Positions 17,286 through 25,203 of a stretch of DNA of 48,396 bases are shown here, piece after piece. Numbering within the stretch: position 1 is the stretch's first letter; the number at the start of each line of letters is the position of its first letter. Position numbers and translations under genes: made by a program. The notes beneath the pieces are model-generated. The model saw only the letters and a list, made by a program, of their open reading frames with translations, was not told the DNA's origin and searched no databases. Source of the stretch: a virus (lineage: Duplodnaviria > Caudoviricetes); the IMG/VR virus record IMGVR_UViG_3300037515_000186, positions 1-48,396 of that record; one strand, written 5' to 3'.

Positions 17286-17737
17286 TCTGCTTCGCGCTCT
17301 TTCGTGAGCCTCATTGCTGTACCTCCGCTGGCCCTAGCAGTTCTTCGGCGTGTTCCAGCATCTCACGCAGCCATTCCACGGTGTCGTCACCGGTGAACAG
17401 ATAGGCCGCTTTCCTTGGCGGGCCATACCACAACGCCAATTCCCTGTCCTCCACCCACTCGTCGATGGTGAGCCACGTCACGGACGTGTGGCGGTCGATA
17501 TCGAGCGTGAGCCGCTGGTGGCCGTCGTACACTTGTTCCTCCCGCACGATGGCTTTCGCGTTGCGCTTGGGCGGTGTGACATAGCTGTCGGGCAGCCTCC
17601 ATGCGCGGTAGCGTGTCCACAGACGGCCCACCCGCTTGACGGCCCACCAGGCCCGCTCCATGCGGGCGCTACGAAGCCGCCGTATCGGCGTCACACGATG
17701 CTGGTAGATGCGGTGGCCGGCTCGCCGCGTCACGAGG

Positions 17738-18268
17738 TCAAACGGATGCATCCTGCTCTCCCTCCTCTGCCTCTGGGGTGCCGTCCAGCCATTCAGCGAA
17801 CGCGGTGGCGGCGGCAAGCACGGCGTCGGTGATGGACTGCTCGCCTTCGGGGATGAGGACACCCTGCGCCGCAAGCTCCACCGCACGCCTCAGAGCGCCT
17901 TGTCTCTGTATCGATTGCTGGCGCTCTCTGTCGCTCACGTAGGCGGGTGAGCCGCCGTTGGCTGAGGGTTGGGGCGTCTGCGCCGATTGAGGGGCGTCTG
18001 CGGGCGTTGCTTGGGCGTCGAGGATGCCGATGATGTTCCGGTAGGTGATCTTCTTGCCCTGGTACTCGCCAGGCTCCTCCTCGATGTCCAGGGTGACGCC
18101 CATGCCCTTCTTGGCCTTCTTGAACCGCGCCACCAAGTCCTCGTCGAAGCAGCGGGCTTTCACCGGGTACTGCTTGCCCGTCTGTGACACGGACACCTCG
18201 GCAAACTCGTTACCCTTGGCCGTGAACTTGAACCCGATATCGCTAATCGTTCCTTGCAACGTGGGCAT
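17738..18268 (-). CDS. OB-fold ssDNA-binding-like protein
   Basis: Beta-rich N-domain, Pro/Ala linker, RQQSIQRQ helix, acidic C-terminal tail. Confidence 0.55.
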   Translation of the reverse strand: MPTLQGTISDIGFKFTAKGNEFAEVSVSQTGKQYPVKARCFDEDLVARFKKAKKGMGVTLDIEEEPGEYQGKKITYRNIIGILDAQATPADAPQSAQTPQPSANGGSPAYVSDRERQQSIQRQGALRRAVELAAQGVLIPEGEQSITDAVLAAATAFAEWLDGTPEAEEGEQDASV

Positions 18269-18726
18269 TGCTATTCCCCCTTCTCCCATTCCTCCAACTC
18301 TGCTATCAGCCCCTCGCAACTTTTCTCGATGTGCTGTTCCATCGGCTTCAGATGCCCCAGCCATGATGAGACGTAATCGTGCCCGAAGGAGTCGGCGGTG
18401 AAGAGCAGGTCTGAGGCACGCCGGATGTGGTCAAGCGCTTCCATATCCAGCAGGTACGTCGCTGCCCAGGCGTCACCCGCTCCGTTGCGGTTCCACCGCC
18501 GCAATCGTTCGGCAACCTTCATCCGGAATGCAATGTCAGGCAGGAACTGCGGCGCTTCCCTCATCACATTCCTCCTCGTAGTTGCCGCACGCCTTCTATG
18601 GCATCGGCACACCAGGCGCATACGGACATTGGCCAATCGTCGGGGCAGTCGAGCGTAGTGGCGGGGGCCGCTCCACTGGCCCCCGCCGATGGCTGCTCCG
18701 GCGGAGGGGTAAGCGCCGAAGCAACT

Positions 18727-19152
18727 TTAGGCATACGTAATCACCAGCACGTTGTCAGGCAGGCAGGCGATGAGCGGCTCGACCTCTGCCCAGTCCCGCC
18801 GTCCGTTGCCCACACCCGGCCGCACCAAGAGCCATGTCTGTGCAGGGGTGGCGCGGGCGAAGGGCTCCAGCTCCCGAGCCGACTGCTCGATAAGGTCTAA
18901 GTCCGCCTGGTCTCGCCAGTGGTGCTTCACTGGGAACGACCACAGGCCATAACCGAGTTGGTGAACATGATTTCCTTGCACCTTCAGCACTGCCCCGAGT
19001 TCATAGGGAATCGACGGGAACCGTTGCGCCGCCTGAAGGGCCACGCCACGCCCCATGACGCACGCGCCATCCTTCCGCACGTCACCGTTGGTCGTGATGA
19101 CGCGGTGGTCTGCGGGCTGAGCCCAAAAATCGCCATACACGAGTCGCATCAC
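18727..19152 (-). CDS. Macrodomain (ADP-ribose binding/hydrolase) protein
   Basis: GDFW...VITTNG...VMGRGVALQAAQRFP...FPVK...PGVGNG. Confidence 0.85.
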   Translation of the reverse strand: MMRLVYGDFWAQPADHRVITTNGDVRKDGACVMGRGVALQAAQRFPSIPYELGAVLKVQGNHVHQLGYGLWSFPVKHHWRDQADLDLIEQSARELEPFARATPAQTWLLVRPGVGNGRRDWAEVEPLIACLPDNVLVITYA

Positions 19153-19405
19153 TTCGCCCCCTTCTCGATGCTGGCCGCTTGCCTGCCACGGAACGGCCCG
19201 CCTGGATAGTCAGCAAGGCGTCCGCTCGCTACGTGGAGGGCGAAGAAGCCCGCGCCCTTGCAGCGAGGGCATTCGACCGGATAGTCGCCGCCCCATTCGA
19301 GCCCAGCACAGCACCCACAATCCACTTGCTGCCAGCCGGGGAAGCCGTCGTATGGTTCGGGCGGAAGCGTGACGATTTCACTCGTTTCATGGTTCCAGTA
19401 CGCCA

Positions 19406-19834
19406 TCACTTCGCCCCCTCGATGGCCAGCTTCCGTGCGACCACGAGGCTTGCGGGGCCAGGTATGCGCGCGTCACGGATGCGGGCAGCGACATCGGCGC
19501 CAAACTTGTGCTCGATGCTGTTCAACTGCTGGCCGTTCCACTTCTCCGGTACTTCGACCGTCTTCGTGGTGGGCGGCGAGTAGGCTTTGTCCAGCACGTC
19601 GGACGGCAGAACTTCCTTCAGCGGCGCCAGAACGCTGTAGTCGTACGAAGGCGTCCCCTGCTTGAGCTCGATGGTGAAGTCGTCGTCCATGAGCGCCGTG
19701 CCGCCGTTGGCCTGTATGCGTGCGTACAGCTCGCCCTCCATCTCGGTAGCCGCCAGCCTGAGCGCCGCCTGCTCCGCGCGGTTCGCGTCAAGGGCGACAG
19801 CCAGCGTTCGCGTGTCAAACTCCTGGTAGTCCAT
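19406..19834 (-). CDS. Hypothetical phage protein
   Basis: 142-aa ORF with GGAG RBS. Confidence 0.7.
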   Translation of the reverse strand: MDYQEFDTRTLAVALDANRAEQAALRLAATEMEGELYARIQANGGTALMDDDFTIELKQGTPSYDYSVLAPLKEVLPSDVLDKAYSPPTTKTVEVPEKWNGQQLNSIEHKFGADVAARIRDARIPGPASLVVARKLAIEGAK

Positions 19835-20940
19835 GACTATGCCTTCTCCTTGGAATACAGACAGGAGGGCTCGTGCTCGTAGCCGGTGCAGGAACAGGTC
19901 ATCAGCAGCCTTACGTCTGGCTCGGGCAGCAGCGCGACCTCGTTGTCGTAGATGCTGATGGCCTCACGGATGAGCGCGTGTTCCTGCTGGAACCCGTCCC
20001 GCACCAGCCACGTGCTGCCGGTCGCTCGGAATAGCTCAATCAGCGATGGCGTCATGCCAGGGTCTGGGCCGCTCGGCACGAGCACCTTCACCTTGACCTG
20101 GCGGGGGAACCGCTCGTCGAAGCTGAGGCACTGTGCATAGCGTTCTTGTTCGTAGATTACCTTCATCACTTCCTCCTTTTCGTCACGATGACTTTCCCCT
20201 GCACCACGCGGCCCGTTGCACAGATCATGGCTGGCCCGCCTTGATACCGGCCACTTCCAGCGCGTAGGTACGGGCATCCTCGACGGCCTCGGCTGCGGTG
20301 GCGTGGCCCACCCTGGCGTAGCTCTGCCCCTGATACGTGACGATGGCGTAGTAGCCAAAGAGCCCAAAGTCCACGGCCTCTATCGTCATGCCCGCCTCGC
20401 GCGTGAGCCGTTCCTGAAAACGCAGCTCGGCGTTGTAGTCGTCCTTCATATCGATGTGCATCGATTCCCCCTCAATAAGTAGCCCGGTCGAAGATGCGCG
20501 AGCGTTCGATGGACAGCGTGTCTAGATAGTCGTAATCGTGGTGAAAGCCGAGCCAGTGGCTCACATCCGAGAGGGCTTGGCCTGCGCCCATGTTGACGGG
20601 CACGAGATACCCTCCCTTTTCCTTCTCAAACTCAATGCCGCGAACACGCGCGACCATCGCGGCAGGTCAGAGAGCGTTGCCTTTACCCCACGTTCTGCCG
20701 CTGCTCCACCACGTCGCCTTCTTTGCCGCTGCAATCTCGTCAGGCGTGAGTGTCATTGCCAAGCCTCTCCCCTTGGTTGCGCGGGCACCATGTTGACTTG
20801 TTCTTCCAGGGCGTCAGCGATACGGTTGAGGTCAAAAGCCATTGCCCCTAGCAAGAGGGTTCGTGTCGTCTCATCCGCAACCCTGCCATCCTCAAACCTG
20901 CTCAGAACTTGGTCTATCTGCTCTCGCGTCATGTCTCCTC

Positions 20941-21396
20941 CTAGTTCGCTATCACGAGTCCGTGGTCAACTTCCGCATGGCAGGTGGCGCAGCTATGCCG
21001 GATGTTCTCCTTGCTGTCGCTGGCCTGCTTGTCGAGTCCCTTCCTGCCGCCCATGCCCTTACCGACAATGTGCGCGTGCTCTGTGGCCTCACCGGTGCAA
21101 TGCGGCCCACGAATCTCACACCGCCCGCCAGATCGCGCTCGCACCGCGTCATGGACAGCCTGTGGTATCAAGGTTGCCTTGGCGTACTGGCGGGCCTTAG
21201 CCTTGCGCTTCTCAGGCGTCGGCAGAAGGGCGCGGATGCCGTTGCGCACCACGTACTGGGTCTCGGATAGCTCGACCGTCGTACCGCCCTTGTTGATCTT
21301 GCGCAGGGCCACTGCGATGTCGTTGGGAGAGCACTTATCGCGTGTCGAATGGGGCTTTTCGCAGAGTGGGCAACGCGGGTACTGGTACGGCATCAC
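20941..21396 (-). CDS. HNH-fold zinc-binding nuclease-like protein
   Basis: RSGGRCE...EHAHIVGKGMGG...NIRHSCATCH. Confidence 0.7.
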   Translation of the reverse strand: MMPYQYPRCPLCEKPHSTRDKCSPNDIAVALRKINKGGTTVELSETQYVVRNGIRALLPTPEKRKAKARQYAKATLIPQAVHDAVRARSGGRCEIRGPHCTGEATEHAHIVGKGMGGRKGLDKQASDSKENIRHSCATCHAEVDHGLVIAN

Positions 21397-22692
21397 ATCT
21401 TCCTCAGCACGAGCCAGACGATGAAGGCAGCGAAACAGAGCCAGGCGGCAAAGAACAGCAGTCCAGGCTCAAACGTCGGTATCAAAGCAGCCTCCACACC
21501 ACCAGCACATCGAGCGTCAGCACGGCAGCGGTCAGCAGGTAGGTGACGTTCCATATTCGGTGGGTCATGCGGGCACCCCACGTGCTCCACGAACCGAGTC
21601 AGCGAAGCGATCTGCGTCCTCTCGTGAATCGAAGTAGAAGAACGAGGAACAGGGCATTGCCGCCGTGCGCCACTGGACAACCCACATCGGCTTTGCGGGC
21701 GCGTTGTAGCGCGAGGGAGGGTCGGTTGCGGCGGCGGGTGGCCAAATCAACGAACGAACGACGGCAATACTCACTTCGTCCTCCTTACCGTAGGCGGCAC
21801 ACCGCCGTGGGCCTGCAAGTGCGTGAGCAGCAGGGCGAGGTTGGCAAACGAACGGCGGCAGCGCCAGCACTCGAAACGGGTACTCATTCCGTGGGCCTCC
21901 GCACGTGGACGTAGCCCTCGCGGCAGCGCGTCTCGACCTTGAAGCCGTGGCCTCTTACTCCGGAGAGAGCCCGCGAGCACCCAACGCAACTGCCGTGAGG
22001 ATGTTCCCACCGGCACGGAAACCTGATGTGTTCACCAGGCTTCAGGGCGCGAACAGCGTCGAACTCCTCCTGAGGAGGCGCCCCCCCGAGACGCCGTGGG
22101 AACTCATCGAATGGAACATGCTCGATATTCATCGTTCTCCTCCTTGCGGCCCCCATTGGCCGCGCAGCACCTTAGTGACCCTCACGTCAGCCCCCAATCG
22201 ATGCCGATGTCCTGGCCCTCGCGGTACGTGGCGTAGATGCCGCGCTGCAAGAGCTTCCGCAGCAGGTCTGAGTAGCCGGTCTCCCGCTCCAGCGTGCGCA
22301 GCCGCCGCCTGAGCCGCGTCATGCGCCATAGCAGGGCGTAGCGGTACTGCGATTGTTCGGCCAGCGTCATGGCGTGGCCGTCTCCAGGCCAAGCTCCCGC
22401 GCGATGGCGTTCAGGTCGCCGATCGCCTCCGCCAGCACGCGAGTGCTCTCGTTCAGCCGTGCCGTCGTGATGGGCAGCAGCCCCATTGGCTGCGGCATCG
22501 GCTCGACCTGCGCCCCTGAGACAGGCCATGGGCCGATAAGACCCTCACGGACGCGATGGATGAGGCCACGCAGCGCAAAGGCACGATCGCCAAGACCCAC
22601 GCTGGCCATGTCCAACGCCTCGACCGCGCTCGACTCCCGGTCGGTCAGCCCGTAGTTCACGTCTGCTTGGTCGTACGTCATGTCCATTCCTC

Positions 22693-22968
22693 CTATGCAG
22701 TGCCTTTGGCGGCGTACTCTGCCGCGAGTTCTTGGATGAGGGCCACGCGGTCGGCGGCGTGCTGCCGCTGCTCAACCACCCAGACGGCCACCTGGACGCG
22801 GTTCTCCATGCCAAGCTTGGTCATCACGTTCCGCACGTGGGCGCGGATGGTGTTCTCGCTGATATCCATCAGCGCCGCGATCTCCTTGTTCGGCTTGCCC
22901 AGGGCCACCAACTGCGCTATCTGCTGCTCCCGCTCGGTCAGGTCACGTACTGCCATCTTGTCCTCCAT
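22693..22968 (-). CDS. LuxR/GerE-type HTH transcriptional regulator
   Basis: LTEREQQIAQLVALGKPNKEIAALMDISENTIRAHVRNVMTKLGMENR. Confidence 0.93.
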   Translation of the reverse strand: MEDKMAVRDLTEREQQIAQLVALGKPNKEIAALMDISENTIRAHVRNVMTKLGMENRVQVAVWVVEQRQHAADRVALIQELAAEYAAKGTA

Positions 22969-23012
22969 GCCTAAGCGGTCTGACTACCGGGCACAACAGG
23001 AGCGTATACCCG

Positions 23013-23046
23013 GTTGCGACGGATTACAAGGGGTAGATGTCGCAAC
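23013..23046. promoter_or_regulatory. Inverted repeat GTTGCGAC-N18-GTCGCAAC upstream of the LuxR-type gene
   Basis: Perfect 8-bp arms at 23013-23020 and 23039-23046. Confidence 0.5.
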
Positions 23047-23583
23047 TTCCTGACCAATCTGGCGCATCTGATAGCAAAGGATACTTGACTCTCGCTCAAG
23101 CAGGAGTCCAGAATCGTCGTAACGTGGCTGGAGCGTTGTCCAGCGGGTGACCGAAGCGAGCGACGGCGTACCGCCAGCTCAAGGCAGGAAGACAGCGAAC
23201 GGAACCGGCGTGGAGCATGGGCGACAACCTGCCCGTCCTACCCTCCACCCCCAGCGTGACCTAGCGGCGCGTGTAGGGGACACGGGGGCATCCGTGGGGG
23301 AACCTACGGAGGGGGGCTCCCTTCGCTTCACTCTGACCCCCGCCGTCCACTAACCGGACGCTTCGCAGTTCCACCTACGAAGGCCACAGGTTCCCCAACC
23401 CAATCCCATCAGAGAAAGTTCGAGGTGTTCCAATGTCTGAGCGGTCGCGGGCGCGAAAACGCCTGATTCGTGAGGCACAGCAAAAAGCCGAGCGGGTGAA
23501 TGCTCGGCGGCGTGCGTGGTGGGAGTCCTTGACGTGGACTCAGCAGCAGGAATATGTGGCGAAGAAGGTCTTAGAGCAGAACG

Positions 23584-23907
23584 CTAGGCGCGCGAGCGCG
23601 GGCGGCCAGGGCCACGGTTCTCCCTGACGCGGGCCTCGACCTGGGCGACGTTGACCAGCATGGGGCGGCCATGACCGCGCTCGTCACCTAGCGGCTTGGC
23701 GTCAACGTACTTCCGGTCAACCCACTTGCGGATTTGCGCAGGGGTCTTGCCGAACATCTCGGCAGCGTCGCCGACAGGTAGGTACTCGGTTGCTACGGCA
23801 GTCGTCACGGCTTCCTCTCGTATCGCGTCCACCAGCTCGGCCAGGATGCGGGCGACGCGTTCACTGTCAGAGTGTACCACGCCGTTCCCGTTCGTCTTCG
23901 TTGCCAT
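23584..23907 (-). CDS. Excisionase-like HTH protein
   Basis: YLPVGDAAEMFGKTPAQIRKWV; downstream of the integrase and tRNA. Confidence 0.65.
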   Translation of the reverse strand: MATKTNGNGVVHSDSERVARILAELVDAIREEAVTTAVATEYLPVGDAAEMFGKTPAQIRKWVDRKYVDAKPLGDERGHGRPMLVNVAQVEARVRENRGPGRPRSRA

Positions 23908-23920
23908 CGTCCCCTCTTAC

Positions 23921-23995
23921 TGGCGACCCGACGGGGAGTTGAACCCCGGTCTCGGCCTTGACAGGGCCGTGTGTTCACCGCTACACCATCGGGCC
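23921..23995 (-). tRNA. tRNA-Asp (GUC) with encoded CCA
   Basis: GGCCCGATGGTGTAGCGGTGAACACACGGCCCTGTCAAGGCCGAGACCGGGGTTCAACTCCCCGTCGGGTCGCCA folds into a cloverleaf with anticodon GTC and a TTCAA T-loop. Confidence 0.95.
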
Positions 23996-24062
23996 GTAAA
24001 CCTATCCAGTTGTCACTTACTTGACAGGGCGGTGGTTTGGGACTCAGGGAACGAGGCGGGAA

Positions 24063-24851
24063 CTATGCGGCCCAGGTCTGGCCGTTGTACTCATCCAAAC
24101 TGGCTTCCACATCATACGGACGGTAGAGACCGAGCATCTTCGAGGCGTGGCCCCACATGATGCCCGCCAGCGTATGCGTGTCGCCCTTCCATCGGCGGGC
24201 GAACGTATGCCGCAGCGTGTGGGCACTCGCGCGCTTGCCGGTGATGCCCGCCGCTCGCATGGCTAGGATGACAGTGTGCGAGGCGATCCTCGCGTCCTTC
24301 CACGGCCAGGGCAGCATCCACCTCAGGACGGTTATCAGCTCAGGGTCGCAGGGAATCTCCCTCGTTCCCGTCTTGCCGGTGACCACAATCGTCCGCTCTC
24401 TCAAGCACTCGGTGCTGGCCTCAAGGGACATGGCCTCGCCCAGCCTGAGCCCCGTCCTCAGGAGCAACCGCAGCAGCAGCCGGACGTAGCCCTCGTGGGG
24501 GTGGGCGAAGAGCTGGTGAATCTCCGCATCGGTGAAGGCGCGGGGCACCTGGCGCCGGGTCCGTGGACGCTCGGCGTACAGCATTGGGTTGCGCGCGGGG
24601 TCGAGCTTGCGCCGTCGCACCAGCCACCGGTACATCGTGCCGATGGTGCGCCAGTGAGTATCGTACTGGCCGGGGTTCGTGAACTGAGCACAATACCCTT
24701 CGACGGGCTCGGGCTTGGTAGGCAGATCGCGGAACGCCCCGGCAAAGCGGGTGAGCCGCAGTTGGTAGCCCTCGGTCGTACGTGGGGAAAGGATGGGCGA
24801 TTTCGCCGCCAGGAACATGGACACGGCCTCGTTGGTACGCATGGGTGACAC
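24063..24851 (-). CDS. int: Tyrosine recombinase/integrase (short, Xer-like)
   Basis: Catalytic residues: TGLR, GK, HTLRH, GH, Y in LGLY. Confidence 0.92.
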   Translation of the reverse strand: MSPMRTNEAVSMFLAAKSPILSPRTTEGYQLRLTRFAGAFRDLPTKPEPVEGYCAQFTNPGQYDTHWRTIGTMYRWLVRRRKLDPARNPMLYAERPRTRRQVPRAFTDAEIHQLFAHPHEGYVRLLLRLLLRTGLRLGEAMSLEASTECLRERTIVVTGKTGTREIPCDPELITVLRWMLPWPWKDARIASHTVILAMRAAGITGKRASAHTLRHTFARRWKGDTHTLAGIMWGHASKMLGLYRPYDVEASLDEYNGQTWAA

Positions 24852-25114
24852 CTCCCTTGTTTGAACTCCGAAGGAATCCTTCGTAGTTGCTTACCACACG
24901 AGGGGATGCCGGGGTACGTACCAAGGTATGACCAGGCGGTGCCTAATGGTCGCGGTGGACCCTGATTCTCGTCGACTACAAGATGTTGTGCTTCGTTACG
25001 TCGAGCAGGCGTGGTTGATGGCTGCCACCTACCAGGACTGGTAGTGGACCCTGCTCGCTAGTCGACTTGCCTGCAAACGGACTTCTTGCGTGATGGCGCA
25101 AGAACGTTGCCACG

Positions 25115-25144
25115 AACAACGGCCCCACCTTTCGACGGGGCCGC
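25115..25144 (-). terminator. Possible intrinsic terminator of the early small-gene operon
   Basis: Minus-strand GCGGCCCC...GGGGCCGU hairpin followed by UGUU (weak U-tract). Confidence 0.4.
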
Positions 25145-25203
25145 TGCGCGAACGGGACTCCCTGCGTGCGACCGAGAGTGTACCTCAGCCCGCCGCTGTA
25201 CCG

